Source: Chrysochromulina tobinii (Eukaryota). From it: a stretch of 33,977 nt of DNA. The notes under the pieces were generated by a model. That model was given only the letters and a program-made list of their open reading frames with translations, ran no database searches and had not been told where the DNA came from. The position numbers were made by a program, and so were the translations under genes. The number at the start of each line of letters is the position of its first letter. Positions within the stretch are counted from its first letter, which is position 1. Location: the NCBI GenBank assembly GCA_001275005.1, contig JWZX01003083.1, positions 1 to 33,977 on the forward strand, written 5' to 3'. Positions 8,723-17,945 of this stretch are shown in pieces.

Positions 8723-11272
8723 TCAGAACTGCAGAGCATGGCCAATCTCCACAGTGAAAAAGTCAGTGATCCACGTCCGGACGTTATCGGAGATGACGCT
8801 CCAACTCCATCCTTGATTGGCGCGGTCGGCCACACTCATCGCTATCGTCGCCCGTTCGCCATCCTTTTGGCGCTCTGGGTCGTACGAGCCCGGTCCAACG
8901 CCGGGACCCGTCTCGCGGCCGGACCCGCCCAGCGAGTCGCTAGGGAAGCGGGCCTCATGCCCTGTACCCATAAGGATGCCCCCGCTCTGGATATGCGGCT
9001 CAACAGAGGTCATGTTGGGATCGTAGGCACCCACGCCGGGAGAGGCGCTCGGGAGCAACATAGGTCGCTGTTCCGAAGTAGCACGCAAGGCGCTGCTGGC
9101 TCGGCAGCGGTTTGCCTCGTGGCCCATGGGCCGCTGGCGGCCGAATTGATCGACAGTCGGGTTATATTCTGACGGGCCGGGATTACCAGCCCCCATGATG
9201 TCTTGCCGCATCACACGCGCCGTCTGCGCGCCGAAGCCTGCAAATCCTGCGCGGCTCGCGAGGTGGAACGAGGCTGCTGCTTGCTGAATGACTTCGTGGC
9301 CGTCACCACTTTTCATCACGCGGGGGTCGTAGGCCCCAGGGTCGCCCGCGTCCGTCGCGAGCATGTTTCGTCCGTCACTGCGGCACTCACGAGCTGTCAT
9401 GGAGCCAAAGGCACCCATCCCTGCTCGGGCGCTAGCGTTGAAGGTCGAGAAAGCAGCTGCGGCCCTGACGGCAAGATCCGTGGGCAAGCGATGGCCAAAG
9501 TAGGCGCCTGGCCCAGGTGCCTCCTTCTTCTCCCGAACGAAGGACAGATCGAGTGGACGAGCCGAGGCTCCGACACCGAACCCGGCTTCTTTGCTCGCAA
9601 TCGCGCGGCTCATGCTATCCACGACCTTGTTGACGGCCTGAGCGATCGAACCGTTCACCTCAGCGTCGTACGAGCCCGGTCCAATGCCAGGACCCGTCTC
9701 GCGGCCGGACCCGCCCAGCGAGTCGCTAGGGAAGCGGGCCTCATGCCCTGTGCCCATGAGGATGCCCCCGCTCTGGATATGCGGCTCGACGGAGGTCATG
9801 TTGGGATCGTAGGCACCCACGCCGGGAGAAGCGCTCGGGAGCAGCATGGGGCGTTGCAGCGACTCCGAACGGAAGCTCCTGCTGGGCATGGCAAGACGAC
9901 TGCCCATAGCGCCATCGAGAAAGTCGGTGGTCCAAAACCGATTGTATGTCCCTGGAGCGGGCACGTCCAGCCCCATAATCTGTCGTGGCATCTCGCGTGC
10001 TGTGGCGGGTCCGAACGCATACAGCCCAAACTGCGAGCGAGTGTTGAACGATCGGCCCATGTCCGAGGAGATCGTCTTCACCCTGCTCAGGTCATACGCG
10101 CCCGGATCGCCGTTTGGAGCCTCGCAGCGCAGGCGAATGGTCGTGGTCTTGAAGGACGAGCGATGTCCATCGCCACCATTGCTGAGCTGAGATGGACTCC
10201 TTGCCTCATATGCCCCAGGACCGGGCGTGCTCATGTAGTCCATCATGCCGACGCGCTCAAAGGGCAGCTCACGGGCCTTCCATTTTCCGCCAAATGCAGG
10301 GCGGCACAAGCTCATGCGCGCATGGATCTGGGCGGCGGTCTGGGCTATCGTGCCGCTCTTGTCGTCGTACGAGCCCGGTCCAACGCCGGGACCCGTCTCG
10401 CGGCCGGACCCGCCCAGCGAGTCGCTAGGGAAGCGGGCCTCATGCCCTGTACCCATGAGGATGCCCCCACTCTGGATATGCGGCTCGACGGAGGTCATGT
10501 TGGGATCGTAGGCACCGACGCCGGGAGAGGCGCTCGGGAGCAGCTTTCTCGGGCGTTGCGGCGACTCAGAACGGAAGGCGCCACCAGCAGCATCATAATC
10601 AGCTGCAGTACTTGCCATCGGTCGAGGCACGAGTGGGCTGTAATCTGCGGCTCCGGGAGTGTTGTCGCGGACGTCCAGCTTCAAAGTGCGCTCTGTGGAA
10701 CTTCCGAACGCGCCGTGACCAATAGCATTCAAACGGTTGAATGATGATGATGCTTGGGAGCCGACATCCGTGAGATTGTACGAACCTGGGTCCTGACTTT
10801 CTTGCAGGAAAGGGTCGACCTTGGGACGCTGTGACTTTGATCGAAAGGCCGACGAGCCAGCGAGCTGTAATATGCCCGACCCCAGCTTTTGAGGATTGTA
10901 CTGGCCTGGGCCTGGACTGCCCCAACGCTTGGCTACGCGCGCCTTTATGCGCATCTCGTCCTTCTCGGCACGCTTGCTTGGGCTCAAGGTGGGTGACGTA
11001 TTGCGTGCCAAACTCGACGGTGCAGAGCCCTGGGCGATGGGCTTGCGTCGTGCAAACGGCGGTGATTTGGGCGGTGGTGCCAGCCAGACGGGCACCTTCT
11101 CTTTGAGCGGCTGTGTTGCTCCAGTGGGGCTTGCCTCGACGATTGAGGTAGGATCGCCGCTAATCAGTTCGAGGCGCGCCTCCTCCTGCTGCCGCACCTC
11201 TAGCTCCATGATCTCCTTCTCGGCGATGAATTTGGCTTCCAAATCGGCCAATGCGGCCGGAGACATCGGCAT
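8723..11272 (-). CDS. Sperm-tail PG-rich (STPG/SHIPPO-ODF3-like) repeat protein, probably axonemal
   Basis: 849-aa ORF with many PGPGxY / DPGAYD / GPGSYD motifs, each followed by F-x-S/T...R. Confidence 0.8.
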   Translation of the reverse strand: MPMSPAALADLEAKFIAEKEIMELEVRQQEEARLELISGDPTSIVEASPTGATQPLKEKVPVWLAPPPKSPPFARRKPIAQGSAPSSLARNTSPTLSPSKRAEKDEMRIKARVAKRWGSPGPGQYNPQKLGSGILQLAGSSAFRSKSQRPKVDPFLQESQDPGSYNLTDVGSQASSSFNRLNAIGHGAFGSSTERTLKLDVRDNTPGAADYSPLVPRPMASTAADYDAAGGAFRSESPQRPRKLLPSASPGVGAYDPNMTSVEPHIQSGGILMGTGHEARFPSDSLGGSGRETGPGVGPGSYDDKSGTIAQTAAQIHARMSLCRPAFGGKWKARELPFERVGMMDYMSTPGPGAYEARSPSQLSNGGDGHRSSFKTTTIRLRCEAPNGDPGAYDLSRVKTISSDMGRSFNTRSQFGLYAFGPATAREMPRQIMGLDVPAPGTYNRFWTTDFLDGAMGSRLAMPSRSFRSESLQRPMLLPSASPGVGAYDPNMTSVEPHIQSGGILMGTGHEARFPSDSLGGSGRETGPGIGPGSYDAEVNGSIAQAVNKVVDSMSRAIASKEAGFGVGASARPLDLSFVREKKEAPGPGAYFGHRLPTDLAVRAAAAFSTFNASARAGMGAFGSMTARECRSDGRNMLATDAGDPGAYDPRVMKSGDGHEVIQQAAASFHLASRAGFAGFGAQTARVMRQDIMGAGNPGPSEYNPTVDQFGRQRPMGHEANRCRASSALRATSEQRPMLLPSASPGVGAYDPNMTSVEPHIQSGGILMGTGHEARFPSDSLGGSGRETGPGVGPGSYDPERQKDGERATIAMSVADRANQGWSWSVISDNVRTWITDFFTVEIGHALQF
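8879..10544 (-). repeat. Three dispersed ~180-bp near-identical coding repeats
   Basis: Copies at about 8879-9058, 9665-9844 and 10364-10543 encode LLPSASPGVGAYDPNMTSVEPHIQSGGILMGTGHEARFPSDSLGGSGRETGPG(V/I)GPGSYD. Confidence 0.95.
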
Positions 11273-11359
11273 GGCACCAACGTTTTTCGCGGTCGGGGAG
11301 ACGGACTATACAAAATGGGTGGTTTCATCTTTCGACGGCACCCCAGGAGGGGAAAGGCG

Positions 11360-11654
11360 TACCGGGTACAGAACTTTCGCCTCCCCGGTAAAAAGTCTGG
11401 CACCGCGGGGAGCCGGGACACACACAATTCACACACAATGACAGTCCCCAAAATTCCCAAACTGTGAGCTGGGCCCCTGGGCATGAGAAACCACACAGTG
11501 TGGAGTCACCATAATTTGGGATTCGAGTTACTAGAGCACTGTACGGTAGTAGAGTCGGTGGGGTTGGTTTTGAGCGCGTTGAGGGGGTTCGTGACATCGT
11601 GAGGTTCGTGTATCTGCCTCGTCCCTCGTGCGTGTCTCCGGTGTTTTTTAACCG
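11360..11654. repeat. Degenerate second copy of the 28597-28837 inverted-repeat element
   Basis: CCGGTAAAAAG..CACCGCGGGGAGCCGGGACACACAC (11385-11425) matches the arm at 28599-28633. A weaker opposite arm CGTGCGTGTCTCCGGTGTTTTTTAACCG lies at 11627-11654. Confidence 0.6.
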
Positions 11655-11830
11655 CCGATAGTACAGTACAGTACGTTTCGGCGCGCGCGCGCGCGCCTCG
11701 TTTCAGATCTTTTCAGACGCACATTCACATTCACGCACACCTTCCAGTTATGTCTCCGAAAAGTAATGCCCGACAGGGGGCCCGACTGACTGACAGCAGG
11801 ACAAGGCATCGTCGGGCATAACTAGTGGCC

Positions 11831-12733
11831 ATGAATCACCTCTGCGGCTTGCCCAATACTGTTGGCAACCCAATCGACACGCTCCTCGAACTCGGCGAGC
11901 GTGAAGCGCTCGCAACATTCAAAGCAAGCTACATGGAGCATGCTGACGCGAACGATTCTGTGCCTATCTGGACCTTGACAAAAGAAGCAGTTGATGCCCT
12001 TCCGGCAAGTGGCTGGCGTGCCTTGGACGATGTCACACTGCTGCGTTTCTTGCGCGCCGACAAGCGCAGGGATGGCTTTGACCACGCTAAATCGATGGGC
12101 CGATTACTTGCAGCGCTCGCGTGGCGAAAGAAAACGAACTCTGATTTGCTTCTTGCTTTGCCTGCGGATGACGACTACGAGCACCTGCGCATTCGCCGCT
12201 GGGTCGGCACGGACAAACATGGGCGACCGGTGCAGTTTGAGCGCCTGGGAGAGTTCCTCTGCAGCGGCAATGCCAAGGCCTTCACCGCCGACGAGTGGTT
12301 GCGCCACTACGCGCGCGATCTAGAGACCACTTTCGCAGAGATGCGCCAGGCCAGCCTCGCAAGTGGCAGGCCAGTGACCAAGTACGTATTTGTTGGCGAC
12401 TTCCAGGGCGGCTCCGGCGTCGTCTTCCACATGAGCACGGTCGTCCCGCTGCTCAAGATGCTCACGAAGTCGGTGGAGGCGCACTTTCCAGAAATCGTCG
12501 ACAAAATCCTCATCTTCAACGCGCCCCGTATCTTCGCAACCATGTTCCAGATCGTCAAGGCATTCATGGACCCGATCACCGCCGCCAAGGTGGAGGTGTA
12601 TGCTGGCGTGCCCACGGGGCGCTTGCTCGCGCTCATGGATTCGAGTACCTTGCCAGTGGAATACGGTGGCACAAATGCGATACCCTACCCCCTCGCGCGC
12701 GTGTTTACCCCGCGCTCCCAAGATGCCAAATGA
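11831..12733 (+). CDS. CRAL-TRIO / Sec14-like lipid-binding protein
   Basis: ATG at 11831; DDVTLLRFLRA, GTDKHGRPV, HFPEIVDKILIFNAPRIF, FMDPITAAKV, LPVEYGG. Confidence 0.9.
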   Translation: MNHLCGLPNTVGNPIDTLLELGEREALATFKASYMEHADANDSVPIWTLTKEAVDALPASGWRALDDVTLLRFLRADKRRDGFDHAKSMGRLLAALAWRKKTNSDLLLALPADDDYEHLRIRRWVGTDKHGRPVQFERLGEFLCSGNAKAFTADEWLRHYARDLETTFAEMRQASLASGRPVTKYVFVGDFQGGSGVVFHMSTVVPLLKMLTKSVEAHFPEIVDKILIFNAPRIFATMFQIVKAFMDPITAAKVEVYAGVPTGRLLALMDSSTLPVEYGGTNAIPYPLARVFTPRSQDAK

Positions 12734-13414
12734 TACATAGTCGTGACAGAGCTCCTGTTTCATCGAGCTACGCATGAAAGCCACACCTTCTGTATTTTTG
12801 CAGACCGGCGGGAGCAATTGGGCGGCTCAGGAATCGCCCACCGCCCCACCCGCGTTGCCGCGCGTTCCCGCGCGCTTCTCGACCCTTGCCGCAAGGGGCG
12901 CGGTACGTTGGCCGGTTCGCGCCGCGCGCCGGTGTCGACGGGCCGCGCGCTCGCGCTTTTGCGCTTTCGCCGCGTGAATCGGTTCCGTATTTCGCGTCGG
13001 ACGGAGGGGCGCCGCCGTGTGGTCGTGGGCCGTGCGGTCGACGCTTGCCACCGCGCCGGGCCGGGCCGCGCTCTTAAGCCGCTCCCCTCGGCCGCTGGCG
13101 CTCGGCCTCGCGCGGCGCGTCGTCGCGCCGGCTCTCGACCCACCGGCGACCGGGAGGGGCGAGCGCCGAGCCGCGCGGCAGCTGGGGGTGGGTGGCGGGA
13201 CGCGGGACCCGCACCGGACGGCGCGGCCGGCCCCGCAAGATGAACAATACGCAATAGCGAACCGGAGGTGCATCGTGCAATAAATAAAAAATAAAACGTT
13301 GCGCCGGGTACACGTGCAGCACAACTTTCACGCAGCCATGTGGCGGCAACTGTGCCACATGACCGTCGCGCCCTGCGCACTCAGAACGGCTCGTCCAGGT
13401 TTCACTCAGGTTGG

Positions 13415-15136
13415 TCAACCTCGACTTGCTGCCATCTTTCTGAGCGCTCCTGCCTTGAATTCATCGGCCGACAGCAATCCGTCCTTGTTGGCATCAAGCT
13501 GGTCGAAGGCTGCCTTCGCTCTGTAACGGTCGGTCTTGCCCTTGGCCGACTCGAGATACTCGGACTTGGAGACCTTGCCGTCCGCGAACGTGTCCATCTG
13601 GCTGTAGGCGCGGTTTGCTTGGTCGTCGTTGGCTGCGACCGCGATCGTCTCGCGAGCAGTCGCGCTCGCTGTGTCATGGCGGAGTGATCGGGGAGAGGAG
13701 CGAGGGGACGAGGTGTTCGCGCCCGCGCCAAAGGGAAGCTCGATCCGGGGTCCTGCCGGTCGCTCGACAGGCTCGTCCAGCCGCGGCTGGATGGCAAACA
13801 AGCGGAGAGGGCCAGCGCCTGGCGCATGATGGATCCGATGCGAGAAGGTATACTCGAGGGGATGCGCCTTGACGGTGGGGACGTGCCGAAGGATTGACTC
13901 GTAGGGCACACGGGCCAAGTTGGAATGCAATGTCCTTGACATGTCCTTCTTCCACTTGAGGTAGGCGGTTTGGACGTGCTCGTACGTCTCGTTGGTCAGG
14001 GTCCCACCAGGCTGCAGCAGCGCCGCATGGAGGGCGAGGGGCGTGAGTTTGGGGCTGCCGTCGCGAGGCGAGCCTGCCGCCGTGCTGCCTCGAGTCGAGC
14101 TGTGGGAAGTCGAGCCCTGTCGAGGGGAGACTGGGCCGAGGCTGCTGCCGTCGCGCATCGCGCTGCCTCGACTCGACCCAAACGAGACACGCATCGCAGA
14201 CGGGGAGGCGCTCGACAGCCTTGGCGTCATGAAGGGGGAGAGGGGGGAGGCGCCGATGGAGGATGAGTCCGAGCGACTGTGCACAGCGTCGTTGGCCGGT
14301 GGAAGCGCGAGCACCGCTGGTGCACTTTGACTGAGGCATGCACCGCCGTACCAGTGCACCTTGACCGACGAGGGCGGCGAGGCAGGCGCTGACGTGTCCG
14401 CCCCCGTGGTGCCATTAGTGGCGATGGCATCGAAGAAGGCCGCGCGAGGCGAGCACGCGCGTGGCGAGAGGGCAGGCGCACGCGGCGAGAGGGGCGTCGC
14501 GTAGTGCGGCACGCGGCGGCCCGAGAGCTGCACGCTCCAACCCATGCTGCCGACGGTCGAGGCAGGAGGGTGCATGGAGCTCATCTTCCGTTCGAGAGCA
14601 CCGTAGCGTTGTTGATTCAACCAATCTAGGCTGTCACGAAGTCCGTCCGCGTACATGTTCGCACGCGTGGCCACATCATGCTGCATGGCCTCGGCGACAG
14701 TGGTTGACCACGTGGCGAGTGCCTTGCCACGCAGCCGCTGCAGCTCAGCCTCTAGAGGGCCAAGGGTCTGGTCCACTACGTCCAGCTCGGCCTGCAGCTC
14801 TTCGGCGCTCTTTGACGGCTCGTCGGCCGCAGGCTCCGCGGCCACTGGAGGGGCAGCCCCTCCTTTGCCCCCCTTGCCGCCCTTGACCGAAGCGGCGGCC
14901 GCTTCTGCAGCTGCAGCTGCCTCGGACAACTTGAGGAGCTGCTCCGCAATGTGCGCGCGCTGCTGCATCGCGGCTGCTACCAAGGACTCCTGCGTTTGAA
15001 CGAGAGCATAGGCCTCGTTGACCGCCTCGCTACCGGGGAAAGCCAGAGGAGCTGCAGCTAGCGCCAAGGGCGTCTCGAGAGAGACTTCGACGCCCATCGG
15101 AGAACAGACTAACAACAAGAGAAAGCGACTTTCCAT
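13415..15136 (-). CDS. Hypothetical protein with coiled coil, Ser/Pro-rich middle and C-terminal EF-hand pair
   Basis: 573-aa ORF with canonical loop DANKDGLLSADE and a second loop DTFADGKVSKSE. Start may be 15136 or 15097. Confidence 0.7.
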   Translation of the reverse strand: MESRFLLLLVCSPMGVEVSLETPLALAAAPLAFPGSEAVNEAYALVQTQESLVAAAMQQRAHIAEQLLKLSEAAAAAEAAAASVKGGKGGKGGAAPPVAAEPAADEPSKSAEELQAELDVVDQTLGPLEAELQRLRGKALATWSTTVAEAMQHDVATRANMYADGLRDSLDWLNQQRYGALERKMSSMHPPASTVGSMGWSVQLSGRRVPHYATPLSPRAPALSPRACSPRAAFFDAIATNGTTGADTSAPASPPSSVKVHWYGGACLSQSAPAVLALPPANDAVHSRSDSSSIGASPLSPFMTPRLSSASPSAMRVSFGSSRGSAMRDGSSLGPVSPRQGSTSHSSTRGSTAAGSPRDGSPKLTPLALHAALLQPGGTLTNETYEHVQTAYLKWKKDMSRTLHSNLARVPYESILRHVPTVKAHPLEYTFSHRIHHAPGAGPLRLFAIQPRLDEPVERPAGPRIELPFGAGANTSSPRSSPRSLRHDTASATARETIAVAANDDQANRAYSQMDTFADGKVSKSEYLESAKGKTDRYRAKAAFDQLDANKDGLLSADEFKAGALRKMAASRG

Positions 15137-15341
15137 TTGGGGAAAGTTACCGCTGGTTGACCATGCGATCGCACTGCGCCGATCGCACTGCGCGCGAACG
15201 ATGAACGCAATTCAAACTGCACCGCTCACATTGACAAACTTCTTGCGAACATGGTCTGTCAGCAACTACTCGCCATTGCCTCGGCCGCTAGCCCGGAGCC
15301 ACAATTGCCTCCACCGCCGCGGCCGCTAGCCCGGAACCACA

Positions 15342-16850
15342 ATGCCATCTTCGGTACGCTACCAGTCTACGCGTGGCGGCGTGCGCGATTTAGACTTCAC
15401 GGACATCTTGCTCTCGGCGTACGCGGCCGATGGGGGACTTTTCGTGCCAATGCTCGCCACGATGCCCACTGCAATTTTTGATCAGCTGCATGCCGGCATG
15501 AGCCTCGCGCACGTGACGGCGCGCTTGCTGCACCCATTTACGGGAATCGAAGTTGTCAAGCTCGTCTCGTTGTGCGCCGCGGCCTTTTCCTCGTTCAACA
15601 ACGGCCACGAGCCCTCCCTGCCACTCGTGCGGGTGGGCGATCGCTACTTTTTAGAGACAGGCGCCGGGCCGACCCTGGCCTTCAAGGATATTGGGCAGCA
15701 GGTGGTGGCGCAGCTGCTCAATCACGTCCTCGGGTCGCGCGGCGAGCGCGCTACCATCATCGTGGAGACGTCAGGCGACACGGGGCCTGCCGCCATCGAG
15801 GCCGTGCGAGGTTGCTCAGCGGTTCGAATATTCTGCCTCTACCCGATGGGCCGCGTGTCGCACGTGCAGGAGTTGCAGATGATCACCGTCGACAGCCCGA
15901 ACGTGCACGTGTATCGCACCGAGGGCGACACTGACGAGCAGGCGGAGGCGCTCAAGGTGGTGTTCACGGACGCCGAGTTCATGCGCCGCCACAAGGTGTG
16001 CTCCATCAATTCCATCAACTGGGCGCGCGTGCTCGTGCAGAGCGGCTATTACCTGTGGGCGTGCTTGCAAGTCGCACCCGATGCCCGCATGCGCGTCAAC
16101 TTTGTCGTGCCCACCGGCGCGTTTGGGAATGCGGCGGGAGGGCTGCTCGCCAAGCGCCTGGGAGCGCCGATCGAGCGCATCGTCTGCGCGACTAATGCGA
16201 ATGACATTGTGCACCGCACTATCCAGACGGGCGACTTGTCTTTTGGCACGAATCGGCAGACGATTAGCCCGGCCATGGATATTCAGTTTGCGTACAATCT
16301 CGAGCGCCTTCTATACTTGTGCAGCGCGGGCGACCGTTCACTAGACAAGGCGATCATGACTGAACTCGAGTCCACCCGTGCTGTGCAGCTGCCGCGACCA
16401 TTGCTTGATACGATCCAGCAAACTTTCCTGTCGTGTGCCGTGGACGACGCGCAGACGCTGCAGGCGATGCGCGAAGTCTATCGTGCACACGGCTACGCGC
16501 TCGACCCACACTCGGCGATCGGCGTCTACGCACTCGATCACGTACATGCCGTCAAGGAGGCATGTAGGGCGAACCCCACCGTTTGCGTGCTCACCGCACA
16601 TCCTGCAAAATTCGGTGAGGCGTGCGCACAAGCGGGTCTACCGCCGAGCGTGTGCGATGACCCGCGCGTCGATGTGCTCAAGACGAAGCCGCATCATTTC
16701 ACATGCCTGCGCGACCCGGGCGCGGGCAGCCGCCCGGACAAGCTGCAGGCCTGGGCAAGAGAGATCAAGCGCGCTGTCGAGGACCAGGACAAGCTAGCCC
16801 AGACTTTCGTTTTGGCGGCGACCACACGCCACTCACGCAGCAAAATGTGA
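15342..16850 (+). CDS. thrC: Threonine synthase (PLP-dependent, with YxSTRG N-terminal domain)
   Basis: YQSTRG, DGGLFVP, PTLAFKD (PLP Lys), TSGDTG, NSINWAR, VPTGAFGN, SPAMDI, DPHSA, TAHPAKF. Confidence 0.93.
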   Translation: MPSSVRYQSTRGGVRDLDFTDILLSAYAADGGLFVPMLATMPTAIFDQLHAGMSLAHVTARLLHPFTGIEVVKLVSLCAAAFSSFNNGHEPSLPLVRVGDRYFLETGAGPTLAFKDIGQQVVAQLLNHVLGSRGERATIIVETSGDTGPAAIEAVRGCSAVRIFCLYPMGRVSHVQELQMITVDSPNVHVYRTEGDTDEQAEALKVVFTDAEFMRRHKVCSINSINWARVLVQSGYYLWACLQVAPDARMRVNFVVPTGAFGNAAGGLLAKRLGAPIERIVCATNANDIVHRTIQTGDLSFGTNRQTISPAMDIQFAYNLERLLYLCSAGDRSLDKAIMTELESTRAVQLPRPLLDTIQQTFLSCAVDDAQTLQAMREVYRAHGYALDPHSAIGVYALDHVHAVKEACRANPTVCVLTAHPAKFGEACAQAGLPPSVCDDPRVDVLKTKPHHFTCLRDPGAGSRPDKLQAWAREIKRAVEDQDKLAQTFVLAATTRHSRSKM

Positions 16851-17015
16851 AAGAACTCGAGCCACTTCCGGCGAAGTTCAACTGGTCTCGGTGCTGAGTG
16901 TGTGATGTGTGGAGGTACGGAGCGGCTCGCAGACGGGAACAAGGCGTCGCTCTAAGACCCTCTAACATGGAGCGGCCAGCGCCCAGCGACGGCGGCGGAG
17001 CGTGTTCTCCCGGCG

Positions 17016-17042
17016 TTAGGGATTAGGGTTAGCGCATTAGGC
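17016..17042 (+). repeat. Short degenerate telomere-like TTAGGG tract
   Basis: TTAGGG-A-TTAGGG-TTAGCG-CA-TTAGGC. Confidence 0.5.
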
Positions 17043-17945
17043 ACAAGGGTGAAGGGACAAGGCTGTATAGGGCACGCGCTAGGCGGGCCTGCCGAAACGA
17101 TATCAATCACACGTATCGAGAGCTCCGGGCCCGCCGCCCGGCCGCTCGCGGCGTCGCGCGACCGCGAGCACGGACGGTGTCGGAGGTGGAGCCGAGCAGG
17201 GTCGGCCCTTCGTAGCTTCGTCGCCGACCTGTCGCGGCTCTAAAAGTTGCAGTTGGTAAAACTAAAAGGTCGCGTCGCGTCGGGTACTCGGGGTGAACCG
17301 TCCCCACCCCGAGTCCGTCGACCTCTAATAAGCAGCCAAGATGCTCCGCGGCGACACCCACCCGGCCTGTGACACACGCGAAACACACGCGAGAGACCGA
17401 TGGGCGGACACGGAACGATACTGAAACCGTCTAGTAATCATCACAGAGGTAGAGGTTTTCGCCCGTCCTCTCTCGTAGCATGAGTGGCAACCCAGCACGT
17501 CTTGAGGACGGTCCTCGGGGGGAATCTCCCTGAGATCCTCTGCCGCTCGCATCTGCTCTTGAGCCCCTGTCGCTCTCGCACTCTCCACCTGCATCTTCTC
17601 CTAGCGGTTCATGCATCAGGGTCCGTCTCCGAACGGTACCGGGCCGCCATGCGGGCTGCGAAGCGATGCCCCGGGGCATCCGCGCCTCCACTTACCCGCC
17701 ACTCTGACTAACTGTCCCACGCATGCCTGACCCACCTCGGCATGCAACGGAACTCACACGACACGCACATCCACACCTTTGTGCTCGGCACAGCACGAAA
17801 TTAGAAGAATGGTCGAGCGCGGCGGGTCGGCCGCCCCAGCGCGTGCAAACTCAACAAGCAGTGCGAAGGGCGAGGCCGTAGACGAAGAAGGAGCCTTACG
17901 CCTTCAAACGTTGCCGGGACCACCGTGCAACCAAGCAACAGATAC

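Noticed and set aside
11679..11697. (GC)n run, and the G18 tract at 24135, as Z-DNA or G4 elements
   Set aside because: Simple repeats with no evidence of function.
17325..17711. Small ORFs in the thrC/ABCG gap
   Set aside because: Under 90 aa, overlapping in several frames, with no motif.
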